In this document: positions 1-13,352 of the stretch, in pieces
Position numbering within the stretch: the stretch's first letter is position 1
How the letters are laid out: the number at the start of each line of letters is the position of its first letter
The notes under the pieces: model-generated
What the model was told of the DNA's origin: nothing
What the model saw: only the letters and a program-made list of their open reading frames with translations
The model's database searches: none
Made by a program: the position numbers and the translations under genes
From: Balanoglossus misakiensis
Taxonomy: Eukaryota > Animalia > Hemichordata
Direction of reading: 5' to 3'
DNA: 64,000 bases
NCBI GenBank assembly: GCA_040954595.2
Contig: CM082582.2
Coordinates: forward strand, 310,001-374,000

Positions 1-503
1 TAGGACAGAGACTGGCGTATGTTAACAACGGTAATCACGTCGGGTTTCCTACGGCCTGGCTCAGCTGAAGCCCCGGCACTCTAGATCAGAAACACGCGTA
101 CAGAGACCACGTTGATCAAGTCTGATCTCCTACGGCTTGGCTCGACTAAAACCCCGGCACACTATGACAGACACTAGCGTTCGTTAGCAACGTTGATCAA
201 GTCAGATTTCCTACGGCTTGGCTTGGCTAAAACCCTGGCACTCTAGAGCAGAAACACGCGTACAGAGACCACGTTAATCTACTCACATTTCCTTCGGCCT
301 GGCACGGCTGATGCCCCGGCACTATATATAGGACACAGACTGGCGTAAGTTAACAACGGTAATCACGTCGGGTTTCCTACGGCCTGGCTCAGCTGAAGCC
401 CCGGCACTCTAGAGCAGAAACAGGCGTACATTGACCACGTTGATCAAGTCAGATTTCGTACGGCGTGACTCGGCTGGTGCACCGGCTCTATATGACACAG
501 ACT

Positions 504-712
504 CGAGAATCATCTCCAGTAAACGCAAAGGCGCTGTTGCTGCTAAAATCGACGTATCCTTTCACCAGGCTAAGCTTTTGCTTGAGTCTAGTTTCTGGCC
601 ACCAAATGTATTTTGTAGACAGTGGCTAGGTGAACAAAAATTTTCAGAGAGTCAATTAAACCGTATACAAAGAAAAAACGACTCCACAGATGTTGATAGA
701 TTCGTTCAATAA
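504..712 (+). pseudogene. C-terminal remnant of LINE ORF1
   Basis: ...AKLLLESSFWPPNVFCRQW resembles the FWPxxVxCRxW C-terminus typical of CR1/L2-group ORF1 proteins. The upstream part of ORF 431..712 is satellite sequence. Confidence 0.6.
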
Positions 713-2049
713 TTTTATTTTTCTGAATCTGTGGATTTATTGTATTTCAATGACTTCTGTAGAAGCGGAACAATTGTTAAACTCTGATTGTTATAGGAAA
801 TGTAATTCATATTCTTACTCTGAGTTCTGCAACTTGGTTAGTAATACACCTATTTCTACATTCTCTATATCTCATTGTAATGTTCGGTCCCTCAGTCGAA
901 ACTTTCATGACTTTAAATTGTTTTATGAGTCACTTGATGAATCAAAAATCAAAGTTATAGCATTATCAGAGATTTGGCAGGTTCAAAATAAAGAGCTTTA
1001 TTGTTTAGAAGGCTATCATTTGGAAACAAAATGTCGAAATGACCAGCGGGGTGGGGGAGTTGGGGCATATATAGACTCATCTTTGAATTATACCTCCATT
1101 GAAGCGACTGTAAATCATTCTGAATCTATCTGGCTCAAATTTGACTTGCCAAAGAAAAAATCACTCATTCTTGGAGTAGTGTATAGGAAACCAAACACTA
1201 ATATAGGCGAATTCCTTGAAAGTCTTGAATCTGTATTGACTGATATTGACCGCAAGAAGATGCAGTGCATACTTGTGGGTGACTTTAATGTAAATGCGTC
1301 TGATTTAAATGCATATGAAACGGTTGATCTTAATAATAGTATGTCTTCTTTTAACCTAACTCAGATGATCACTGTGCCAACACGTATATCAGATCATTCA
1401 AGAACGGTTATTGATCATATTTATACAAATATACATAGTCATTTTGTTAATTGTGGAACTATTGATGTTCATCTTGCTGACCATTTGCCTATATTTGCCA
1501 TCTTTGAGGATCTACGTATTTATTTCCAAAAACCAAAGAGACTTTCAGGGACTACCGTAATTTTAATATAGGTTTATTTCAAGATGAGTTTAGTAGTGTC
1601 AATTGGGCAGCTGTGTATGAGAGTACTGATGCTAATACAGCATATGACTCGTTTTTAACCATTTTCTCGAATATTTGTAATAAGCATGCTCCACTGCTTT
1701 CTAAAAAGCTTAGTTCAAAAAGAAAAATACGGAAACCATGGATAACTGCTGGAATAAAAAAATCAATTGACCAGAAACACAAGCTCTACTCAAATGTCTT
1801 AAAAACTAATTATCGGCCAGACGTCTTTACAAAATACAAATGCTACCGGAACATGCTTACAAATATTCTGAAAAAGGCTAAGCAAGATTATTATTCTGAC
1901 CAGTTTACATACTATCAAGCAGATACTAGTAAGACATGGAAAGTTATTAATGATATTTTGAGGGGTGGTGGTAAACATGTAAATCTACCAAGTAGTTTAC
2001 AAATGTCTTCAGCTGGTCGGCAGACTACCCTGATCACCCAGTGTGACAT

Positions 2050-3283
2050 TCATAGTTCCACCCTACGGTAATAAGCCACGCCCCCCTTAGTTACTGTTGC
2101 TACGCCCCACAAGCTTCGAGCTTGTGGGACTTTGACCTCCATAGCTCCACAACGTGGATGGGGAAACTAGATTCATTCAGCGATAGTCTGCGCAACGTTC
2201 CTGGCGATATTTCTGTATGCTACCTACCAGAGTTAAAAAACCTATCCAAGAAGTCACAGGAAAAGGGTTTAATTAGGTATAATTCCCCCGTATTTCGAAC
2301 GAAAGTGCCTGCATCGCGGACGATAGCGGCCGTATCCCCCGGGCCGCAGGCTATACTGGGAATGTCGAGTTCGCGACGCAGACACACGAGTGAGGAATAC
2401 GGGGGAATTATATGTTTATCACATACATAGACCAAGTGTCCATGAAATTGAGCTCCTTTGTGAATTTAAAACATTTCAGCGAAAAAATAGCACTATTTTA
2501 AAACGATCGAAAGATCATGTTATGCGGTCGGCCCGGGTCACACGCAAACGGGCATTAAACCGCGATCAGCTGTAGCAGTGGCTATAGTACTAGTAATAAC
2601 GGACCTCGAAGGTTAAGTTTATCGTGCTATTTCTGAGTGAAATCAGACGAAATAAGAGACACAAGAGGTATCACTTCACCTGAAGATATTTTTGGTAGGT
2701 AAATATGGGTGAAAGCACTGATAACACGGCGAATTCAGAAAACTACGTGAACGTTACTTGGATTGACAGCGGGCGGCCCCATTGTTTACAACGCCGGACA
2801 TTTTATAACGGGTCGAACAACATTGACTTTTCGAATGGAAATTGCAAGCAGCATATGAATTTCAAAATTTTCAAACACTTTAGCAATAAAATCTTGGTTA
2901 AATATTTATATTGAAGACGTGTCAGTTTAAAATCTAAACGCAAACTGTTAATATCCACCACCTGAGACACCTCTCTCTTTGCGTTTTTGGCTTCGGAAAC
3001 GGAACAAAAAAATATACTCGATGTTGGGTCAAGGTACCTTTCATCTGATTTACACGTCCCCCAGGCGCATCTCTTCACTATTCTGGCCGATATTTTAAAA
3101 CCATTAAGTTCCTAAAACTGAAAAAACTCTTCCAGTCTGTCTATCTCTACCTGAGCGTGTACTGTAGGCTGGGCCACGTTGTTGATTATATGTGGGACAA
3201 AATGGCGGTTGTGTGAACAGCATGACTTTTCTCGGCTCTGATTGGCTGAGGGTTCAGTGTGATTGACAGCTGTGGAACCATGA
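2050..3283. mobile_element. Non-autonomous TIR DNA transposon, ISL2EU-like (PIF/Harbinger-related), nested in the LINE
   Basis: 12-bp TIRs TCATAGTTCCAC / GTGGAACCATGA (1 mismatch); 2-bp AT TSD at 2048-2049 and 3284-3285; a THAP-domain relic near the right end. Confidence 0.75.
2958..3081 (-). pseudogene. THAP zinc-finger N-terminal fragment of a transposase
   Basis: VKRCAWGTCKSDERY...IFF; after a 1-nt frameshift in the T run the sequence reads VPFPKPKTQRERCLRW, giving the THAP signature C-x4-C...FP...W. Confidence 0.75.
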
Positions 3284-6200
3284 ATTGTCAATGGGTTTAA
3301 TGAGTTTTTTGTCCAAATTGGAGAGGCTCTTGCTAGTAGTATAACTCATTCAAACAAAAGTTACTTGTCATACTTATCACATTGTACATTGCATTCTTTT
3401 TTTCTTCAAGGAACCTCTGAACAAGAAGTTTTTAAATTACTTCAAGCATTAGATACGCGGAAGGCAGTGGGTTATGACTACATTAGCCCAAAATTGTTAA
3501 TCAATGCAGCATTATATATTTCTAAGCCTCTTAGTTATATTATCAATTTAACGATCACAACTTGAATTTTCCCAGATTCCTTAAAAATAGCAAAAGTGAC
3601 TCCTATCTTCAAAAAAGGAGAGACGACTGATCCAGGTAATTTTAGACCAGTGTCTGTATTGCCACAAATTAGTAAAATTTTTGAAAAACTTATTAATAAG
3701 CAAATTATTTCCTATTTTAACAAATTTGATTTACTGTACCCTTACCAGTATGGCTTCAGAGAGAATTATAGTACTAAATTGGCAATTGTGGAACTAGCAC
3801 AGAAAATTCTGGACGAAATTGATATGGGAAATAAGGTTATCGGGATATTTCTTGACTTGAAGAAAGCATTTGACACCGCGAATCATGACATTTTGATAGA
3901 CAAACTGGACAATTATGGTGTTAGGGGACTCCCTAAAAATCTTTTTAGAAGCTATTTGACCAACAGAAGGCAACATGTAAATGTAAATGGGGTACGATCA
4001 GATGAATTACAAATATCCTGTGGAGTTCCACAAGGTTCTGTGCTGGGTCCAACACTTTTTCTCATCTATGTAAATGATATAGCAGGGGCAGCAAGGTATT
4101 TTGACACGCGTCTATTTGCAGACGATACCAGTCTATTTCATACATTTAATCCAAGAAATATAATAGATCTCTCAGAAGTTAATTCACAATTGAAAAATGT
4201 TATAAACTGGTGTGATGCCAACAAATTAACTGTACACTCAAAGAAAACTGAATATGTTATTTTTAGAGGTAAGAACGTGTCAGTAGAGACAACAGGAGAA
4301 ATTGATGTTAAAGGGGTAACAATAGACGAAGTACAAACAACTAAGTATATCGGTGTAGAAATAGACAATAAGTTAACATGGAAACATCACATTAGAAATG
4401 TAAACAGAACGATTAGTATGAAGACTGGTATTCTTTATAGGTTAAGGGATGTTGTCCCACGACATATTCTTATACTATTGTACAATTGTTTTATCCTCCC
4501 ACACATTTCCTATGCTATAGAAACTTGGGGAAATACTTATTTATCTTTTTTGAGGCCAATACTTGTTACACAGAAAAGAATTGTACGTGTATTGGCGGGA
4601 TCAGACCGTCTTGCACACTCTTCACCATTGTTTAATGAGTTACATATTTTGAATGTATACAAGCAACGTGATCTTCAACTGTCCTTGTTTGTTCATGATG
4701 CTCTTAATGGCAAGCTTCCACCAGGATTCTCAGAGTATTTCGTTCCTATTCAACACTCTTATCATACCAGATCAAAAGATATAGGTGATCTTTTTATTCC
4801 GAAATATAACAGTAATGCTGGCCAACATTCCATAAAGTACACTGCAGCAAAGGTTTGGAATAAACTTCCTGAAAATATGCGCTCAACAAGGTCAACATTT
4901 TCATTTAAGAAACATATGAAATCCTTGTTAGGAAAAGTATAGTTTGACTTTTATTTCTTCCTTTTGTATGTATTACTAACCAAGTGTTCTACTGTTCACC
5001 ATGAGGGGATGGACTTGACTAGTGCGAATGCACTATTTTTCCTACCTCCTTTTTCACTTAAATAGTACATTTTCTTTTTCACCATTCGATGTAAAAAAAT
5101 TGGAAGTGAAATAAATTTGATTGATTGATTGATTGATTGACTGGTTTAGCTGAAGCCCCGGCACTTTAGAGCGGAAACACGCGTACATTGACCACGATGA
5201 TCAAGTCAGATCTCCTACGGCCTGGCTCGACTAAAACCCCGGCACACCATGACAGACACTAGCGTTCGTTAGCAACGGTGGTCAAGTCGGATTTCCTTCG
5301 GCCTGGCTCTGCAAAAGACCCGACACTCTAGTACAAAGACGTTGGCTAAGTCGGGCAAACCGAAGAGGGAAAGTCACAGCGGGTCAACACTCGACATTTG
5401 TTCGGGTAGGACTGCATTATTGCCTGTCAATTTATAGAGAAAGCTCGAATTTAACCAGGGCGTTTCAAACACCGACGTTAGTTGGGGGCACGGCCTGCAG
5501 TACTGCCGGGTAAGCTGACATCGGCGTACCGCATATAATGTAGGGGGGGGGGGAACAGAACGGTTCAATACTACATTTATTAGATATCAGCTAATTTTGG
5601 ACAATCATCTAAAATCTAAATCATTTTTTCATATTTGGATATCTGATGATGTATGAAATTTCCATTATATGTAAAAATGGTGCTGATTATAAAAAATGCA
5701 CTCTGAATGAGCTGATTTAATACAAAATTGCGTTTTATTCGTTTTTGCACCAAAAAGGTCATTTTTAGGCAAAACAGTCTTTATTTTTTTAATTCGGTGA
5801 CCTGATCATATATAAACAATTGCTTGTATGTTTAAAGTTTTTATGACTTTTAAAAGCAGTGACACTGGCGGCATTCAACACGAAAATAACAATTTTAGCC
5901 ACAATTTGGTCAAAATGGTAAATTTTTGAAAATTACAAAAAATACCTGTTTTCTACATTTTCGGAAATCTGATGGAGTATGGAATGCTCTTCGTATGTTA
6001 ATATCGATACAAATTCCACAAAAGACCGTCTAATTTGGCTCACTGCAGACAAAATTGCTTTTTACCAAATTTTCCTTGAAAATGTCATTTTTAGAAAAAA
6101 AACTAAAAAAACCTTTGTTCTTCGAATTTGGTGCCCTGATCATATATGACATGTTGATTGTATGTTAAAACTCTCGACCACTCCAAAAATGCAGAGATAT

Positions 6201-6789
6201 TGACGGAATTCAAGAAAAATAGCCATTTTGGCCATATTTTGACAAAAATGGTAAATTTTTGAAAAATCATAAAAAATTAAGCCTTTTCTTCATTTTCGGA
6301 AATATTATGGAGCATGAAGTGTCGTTCTCTTGTAAAAAGTGCTGCAAATTCCAGCAAAGGCGGTATAATTTGAATCACCCAAGACAAAATTGCAATTTTT
6401 CGACTTTTTTTCGAAAAATTGTCTTTTTTACAAAATAAATAAGAATAAATTCTTTTCTTAGTTTCAAACGGGTAGAGATACTTTCTACACGGGTTTTCTA
6501 ACATTGAATTCACGTTCATCAACACAGATTTCCTACAGCATAAGTCGGCTAAAACCCTGACACTCTAGAGCAGAAACAGTTGCACACTGGTAACGTTGAA
6601 CAAGTCGATTTTTCTACGGCCTGGCTCGGCTAAATCTCCGTCACAATATGACAGACACTAGCGTAGGTTAGCAACGGTGATCAAGTCAGATTTTCTACGG
6701 CATGGCTTGGATAAAGCCCCGGCACTCTAGAGCAGAAACACGCGTACAGAGACCACGTTGATCAAGTCTGATCTACGGCTTGGCTCGAC

Positions 6790-8260
6790 TAAAACCCCGG
6801 CACACTATGACAGACACTAGCGTTCGTTAGCAACGTTGATCAAGTCATATTTCCTACGGCATGGCTTGGCTAAAGCCCTGGCCCTCTAGAGCAGAAACAC
6901 GCGTACAGAGAACACGTTGATCTACTCACATTTCCTTCGGCCTTGCACGGCTGATGCCCCGGCACTATATATAGGACACAGACTGGCGTAAGTTAACAAC
7001 GGTAATCACGTCGGGTTTCCTACGGCCTGGCTCAGCTGAAGCCCCGGCACTCTAGAGCAGAAACAGGCTTACATTGACCACGTTGATCAAGTCAGATTTC
7101 CTACGGCGTGACTCGGCTGGTGCACCGGCTCTATATGACACAGACTGGCGTAAGTTATCAACGGTGATTACGTCGGATTTCCTACGGTCTGGTTTAGCTG
7201 AAGCCCCGGCACTTTAGAGCGGAAACACGCGTACATTGACCACGATGATCAAGTCAGATCTCCTATGGCTTGGCTCGACTAAAACCCCGGAACACTATGA
7301 CAGACACTAGCGTTCGTTAGCAACGTTGATCAAGTCAGATTTCCTACGGCATGGCTTGGCTAAAGCCCTGGCACTCTAGAGCAGAAACACGCGTACAGAG
7401 AACACGTTGATCTACTCACATTTCCTTCGGCCTGGCACGGCTGATGCCCCGGCACTATATATAGGACACAGACTGGCGTAAGTTAACAACGGTAATCACG
7501 TCGGGTTTCCTACGGCCTGGCTCAGCTGAAGCCCCGGCACTCTAGAGTAGAAACAGGCTTACATTGACCACGTTGATCAAGTCAGATTTCCTACGGCGTG
7601 ACTCGGCTGGTGCACCGGCTCTATATGACACAGACTGGCGTAAGTTATCAACGGTGATTACGTCGGATTTCCTACGGTCTGGTTTAGCTGAAGCCCCGGC
7701 ACTTTAGAGCGGAAACACGCGTACATTGACCACGATGATCAAGTCAGATCTCTTACGGCTTGGCTCGACTAAAACCCCGGCACACTATGACAGACACTAG
7801 CGTTCGTTAGCAACGTTGATCAAGTCAGATTTCCTACGGCATGGCTTGGCTAAAGCCCTGGCACTCTAGAGCAGAAACACGCGTACAGAGAACACGTTGA
7901 TCTACTCACATTTCCTTCGGCCTGGCACGGCTGATGCCCCGGCACTATATATAGGACACAGACTGGCGTAAGTTAACAACGGTAATCACGTCGGGTTTCC
8001 TACGGCCTGGCTCAGCTGAAGCCCCGGCACTCTAGAGCAGAAACAGGCTTACATTGACCACGTTGATCAAGTCAGATTTCCTACGGCGTGACTCGGCTGG
8101 TGCACCGGCTCTATATGACACAGACTGGCGTAAGTTATCAACGGTGATTACGTCGGATTTCCTACGGTCTGGTTTAGCTGAAGCCCCGGCACTTTAGAGC
8201 GGAAACACGCGCACATTGACCACGATGATCAAGTCAGTTCTCCTACGGCCTGGCTCGACT
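6790..8260 (+). repeat. Tandem 490-bp higher-order repeat (5x81 + 85 bp) of the GC-rich monomers, ~3 copies
   Basis: The diagnostic monomer sequence TCTACTCACATTTCCTTCGG is at 6921, 7411 and 7901 (exact 490 spacing), with shared private variants (AGAGAACACG, CAGGCTTAC). Confidence 0.9.
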
Positions 8261-11200
8261 AAAACCCCGGTACACCATGACAGACACTAGCGTTCGTTAG
8301 CAACGGTGATCAAGTCGGATTTCCTTCGGCCTGGCTCTGCAAAAGACCCGACACTCTAGTACAAAGACGTTGGCTAAGTCGGGCAAACCGAAGAGGGAAA
8401 GTCACAGCGGGTCAACACTCGACATTTGTTCGGGTAGGACTGCATTATTGCCTGTCAATTTATAGAGAAAGCCCGAATTTAACCAGGGCGCTTCAAACAC
8501 CGACGTTAGTTGGGAGCACGGCCTGCAGTACTGCCGGGTAAGCTGACATCGGCGTACCGCATATAATGTAGGGGGGGGGGGGGGAACAGAACGGTTCAAT
8601 ACTACATTTATTAGATATCAGCTTATTTTGGACAATCATCTAAAATCTAAATCATTTTTTCATATTTGGATATCTGATGATGTATGAAATTTCCATTATA
8701 TGTAAAAATGGTGCTTATTATAAAACATGCACTCTGAATGAACTGATTTAATACAAGATTGTGTTTTATTCGTTTTTGCACCAAAAAGTTCATTTTTAGG
8801 CAAAACATTCTTTATTTTTTTAATTCGGTGACCTGATCATATATAAACAATTGCTTGTATGTTAAAAGTTTTTATGACTTTTAAAAGTAGTGACACTGGC
8901 GGCATTCATCACGAAAATAACAATTTTAGCCACAATTTGGTCAAAATGGTAAATTTTTGAAAATTACAAAAAATACCTGTTTTCTACATTTTCGGAAATC
9001 TGATGGAGTATAGAATGCTCTTCGTATGTATATATCGATACAAATTCCACAAATGACCGTCTAATTTGGCTCACTGCAGACAAAATTGCGTTTTACCAAA
9101 TTTTCCTTGAAAATGTCATTTTTAGAAGAAAAAAAATAAAAAACCTTTGTTCTTCGAATTTGGTGCCTGATCATATATGACATGTTGATTGTATGTTAAA
9201 ACTTGCGACCACTCCTAAAATGCTGAGATATTGACGGAATTCAAGAAAAAATAGCCATTTTGGCCATATTTTGACAAAAATGGAAAATTTTTAAAAAAAT
9301 CTTAAAAAATTAACTCTTTTCTTCATTTTCGGAAATATTATGGAGCATGAAGTGTCGTTCTCTTGTAAAAAGTGCTGCAAATTCTAGAAAAGGCGGTATA
9401 ATTTGAATCACCCAAGACAAAATTACCATTTTCGACTTTTTTTCGAAAAATTGTCTTTTTTACAAAATAAATAAGAATAAATTCTTTTCTTAGTTTCAAA
9501 CGGGTAGAGATACTTTCCACGCGGGTTTTCTAACATTGAAATCCCGTTCATCAACTCAGATTTCCTACAGCATAAGTCGGCTAAAACCCTGACACTCTAG
9601 AGCAGAAACAGTTGCACACTGGTAACGATGAACAAGTCGAATTTTCTACGGCCTGGCTCGGCTAAATCTCCGTCACAATATGACAGACACTACACTGCAA
9701 ATTCTTCTGGCTTTCCTGCAAGCTAAATTCAAGCCAAATCCAAACCGGCTTGTTTGTCGCAAATCGGCTTCTTTCGTTTCTTCAAATTTGGCTTGATTTT
9801 GGCTTGAATTTAGCTTGCTGAGTTGCCGTTTTATATAACTTACCGGCTTGCTGATAGACCACAGCAAGTTTAATGAGTGGTGTGTAGGCCAACCATAGTA
9901 ATGAAATATGGCTTGCTGGCGTGCCATTCTATTCAGCAAATGAGCTTGAAGACACACCGATTCATTATCCAGTGGTTTGTCAACAAACCATCACAAATCT
10001 AAGGGGTTTGTATATAAACCAATGAATATATTATGATGGCTTGCATGTAAGCCACTTTCTAAAACAATGGCTTACCAACAAACCGTCGAATAATACAAGG
10101 GGGTTGTATGTAAACCCTTAAAATTTACATTGGCTTGTCTGAAAGCCAACTTCTACTTAAAACTGGTGTGCTAGCAAACCAAACATGAATCACTTCAGTT
10201 TGCCAGCAAACCAAAAATTAGCATTTCCTGGTTTGCTGACAAACTGAGAATGCTTGAGCAGTGGTTTAAAAATCAGCCACTCTGCTTAGGCTTTGGCATG
10301 TACATGTATACAAACCATTCTTACACAGAATGCAGTTTGTAAGCAAGCCAAACATTTGAATTGCATGTTTTGCTTCTGTTTACCTAAAAGCTATAGTTAT
10401 AAATTTGGGCCATCTTTAGCATTTTTGCTCTTTCAAGTGACTGCAGTTTCTTGTTCAACTCACCAAAGCATGATGCAATGCCATTTACTAGATTCTATAC
10501 ACTGCCATAATTGTACAATCAGCAATTGTCAAAAAACATAATTTTAGTCCAGACCTGAACTCATTTGCAAAGGCCAAAGTTGAGATCCCGAACCTGGGCA
10601 GTTAATCATGCTTTAAGGAGTAGAACAGAAATAAGGAGTCGATACACTGAACAAAAATACATAAAAATAGCCCAAAGTTAGTTACTATGCCCTTAAATAA
10701 CTTGGTCTTGAAGCATAACATGTGTCATAATGTGCAGCATCTTAGTACTCCACAGTCAATGGTATGTTAACCTGTCAAAAAAGCACACCGAGAAAGATCT
10801 TTTTTTGGTCAATCATTATTATTGTAATGACAATGTAAGAAAAAAGGAACAACGGTAAATACATGGTATTATGTAAATCAAATGAATTAACCCCATAAAT
10901 GATAGAAAATATATACAATAAAACTTTTATCTCATTTTCCGTTCAAGTGGTTAGGGAAAATCATTTCAATCCATCAAAATGCCTCATTTTTTTATCTACT
11001 GTTTGTCAAAACTGACATGAATACAGATTTCAAAGTCACCATTAAGTGTGGAAAAGTACTTTTAAATCCTCCTTTATATGCATTTGAGTATTGGAGTCAT
11101 GGCAGTAGCCTTGAGTATCTTCTTCCTTACTATGAAACTTCGTCTTCTTTCAATGGGAAACACTCTCAAATAGTGAAAAACAAAAAGAGAAAACAATCTT

Positions 11201-11380
11201 GTTAGAAATTAACATGAGTGTATATTAGAAACAATTTCCAGCATGAAAACAACACATAACACATATGTACACAAGAAAATATGACAATGACTCGTATGAG
11301 ACATACTCAACAAAAGAAGATAGTGTCTCTCTATTTATCAATGGGGAATGACCATGAGACTGACACACATACCACAAAAC

Positions 11381-11912
11381 ACTACGATATGGTGCCATCC
11401 TACTGTTATAGGCAGCAACCATATGAGAACATGAGACTGACCGATACAACACTACGATATGGTGCCATCCTACTGTTATAGGCAGCAACCATATGAGAAC
11501 ATGAGACTGACCGATACAACACTACGATATGGTGCCATCCTACTGTTATAGGCAGCAACCATATGAGAACATGAGACTGACCGATACAACACTACGATAT
11601 GGTGCCATCCTACTGTTATAGGCAGCAACCATATGAGAACATGAGACTGACCGATACAACACTACGATATGGTGCCATCCTAATGTTATAGGCAGCAACC
11701 ATATGAGAACATGAGACTGACTGATACAACACTACGATATGGTGCCATCCTACTGTTATAGGCAGCAACCATATGAGAACATGAGACTGACCGATACAAC
11801 ACTACGATATGGTGCCATCCTACTGTTATAGGCAGCAACCATATGAGAACATGAGACTGATCGATACAACACTACAATATGGAGACATCCTAATGTTATA
11901 GGCAGCAACCAT
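11381..11912 (+). repeat. 70-bp minisatellite, ~7.5 near-identical copies, inside the CACTA element
   Basis: The unit ACTACGATATGGTGCCATCCTACTGTTATAGGCAGCAACCATATGAGAACATGAGACTGACCGATACAAC starts at 11381, 11451, 11521 ... 11871. Confidence 0.95.
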
Positions 11913-12679
11913 GAAACACAAACATAACCATGAGATACACAGCATGTAACAAACAAGATGAAATTGATTCAATGAGCAATGCATGAAATTTCGCACCTAG
12001 AGTTTAGTGAATTGTTTCCTTTGACTATAACTGAATACATGTTACATACATGATAGCTGGACTATATTAATAAATACGGATAGGCATGTTCCTTTAAAAT
12101 TAGTTTTTAGGCATAAATAATAAAATCTCTTCCCAAATGCAATACTGAAATTATAACCACGTGGTTGGTATTTTATAATGAAGTCCCTACAAACTAAACT
12201 GTAAAGAAAACAGATGACTAGATGACAAAAATGGATATTAAAAAAATAACAAAATCTACTTAATTATACATACCGTGTATGCTTCAACATCAATGCTACT
12301 TGTTGACTTTTTCATATTTTTGTGGTGCCTAATAAAATAACAACTGCTCCTTCCCATAACCAGTATCACCACTCCTGCAAAACCAAGATCATTTATTTCA
12401 TTCTTATGCAAATATCTGGGGTTCAATTAAAGTAGGAATCATTATTGTTACAAATCGCAGGCATGCAGGGGTTAAATAATCCTGTGGTCCGAGATCATGG
12501 TTTATCAAAAAAAAATTATTCAGCCAATGATTTAAATATTATGGGTATCCATTGATATAGTATTGGAACACAAAACAACATTTTTATTGCGGTTACCCCC
12601 CCCCCCCCCCAATGTTGACTTCCACTGCCACTAGCCCCACTCGAAGCTTCATATATTTGAAATATCTCTCGATCTACAA

Positions 12680-13352
12680 ATGATCAATACAGTATAGATA
12701 TTATTACATATTTTGAATTATCTTGACTAGTAAAAGTGCATAAACAAACATGAATGGGGATGTAGGCTGCCAATAGCAAGCATGGTGAAATTCCTAGGCT
12801 ATAGCGCTATAGGGCCCCACTCCAGAGCTGCATTAAAAAAATTCTTTTGATTTGCTCAGACTTTTTTGTAACCATCCACACATGATCAATGCAGTATATA
12901 AAGGATTCAGGCCTTTTAATAGTGACATACTTTGCATCGTCTTCGCTCACAAAAATGCATAAACAAAAATGAACGGGGATGGAGGCTGAAAATAGCAAGA
13001 ATAATGAAATTCCTTTGGGGCCCCACTCCCTACTTTATGCTGTCAAACTTTTGACATTACTTCTTCTCACATGCTTTTCAGCTATCATCAACACATGATC
13101 AAGTCAGTATATACAGGATTCGGGCCTGTTAATAGTGACATACTTTGCATCGCCTTCGCTCACAAAAATGCATAAACAAAAATGAACGGGGATGGAGGCT
13201 GAAAATAGCAAGAATAATGAAATTCCTTTGGGGCCCCACTCCCTACTTTATCATTTTATGCTGTCAAACTTTTGACATTACTTCTTCTCACATGCTTTTC
13301 AGCTATCATCAACACATGATCAAGTCAGTATATACAGGATTCGGGCCTGTTA
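12680..13352 (+). repeat. ~215-bp tandem repeat, ~3 copies (first diverged), inside the CACTA element
   Basis: GGATTC(A/G)GGCC is at 12903, 13116 and 13337, and the block GCATAAACAAA...GGGGATG.AGGCTG is repeated. Confidence 0.8.

Larger units (their letters stand above)
690..4942 (+). pseudogene. LINE ORF2 (APE endonuclease + reverse transcriptase), disrupted
   Basis: APE motifs SHCNVRSL, ALSEIW, GGGV, VGDFN, IDHIY and DHLP; RT motifs NFRPVS, QYGFR, FLDLKKAFDT, GVPQGSVLGP, LFADD and KYIG. Frameshift at ~1520-1545, insertion at 2050-3283 (removing it restores QCDI-VNGFNEFF), and an in-frame TGA at 3563-3565. Confidence 0.93.
504..5140 (+). mobile_element. 5'-truncated CR1-group (Crack/Daphne/L2-like) non-LTR retrotransposon, defective
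   Basis: APE and RT coding sequence; 3' UTR hairpin TAGTGC-GAAT-GCACTA (5020-5035); AATAAA followed by a (TTGA)n tail ending at 5140. Satellite lies on both sides with a ~40-bp target deletion and no TSD. Confidence 0.9.

Noticed and set aside
5345-5560. Linker as a tandemly repeated snRNA, 5S or tRNA gene
   Set aside because: No recognisable 5S, U-snRNA, SL or tRNA motifs, and no convincing A/B boxes.
5640-5670. Hammerhead ribozyme core (CTGATGA...GAAA) once per satellite unit
   Set aside because: Only 5 nt (TGTAT) separate the motifs with no stem II pairing, I could not form stem III with an NUH site, and the equivalent position in the sister AT subrepeats lacks the core.
6525-8350. CRISPR-like array
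   Set aside because: The monomers are homologous along their whole length with no unique spacers, there are no cas genes, and the context is eukaryotic.
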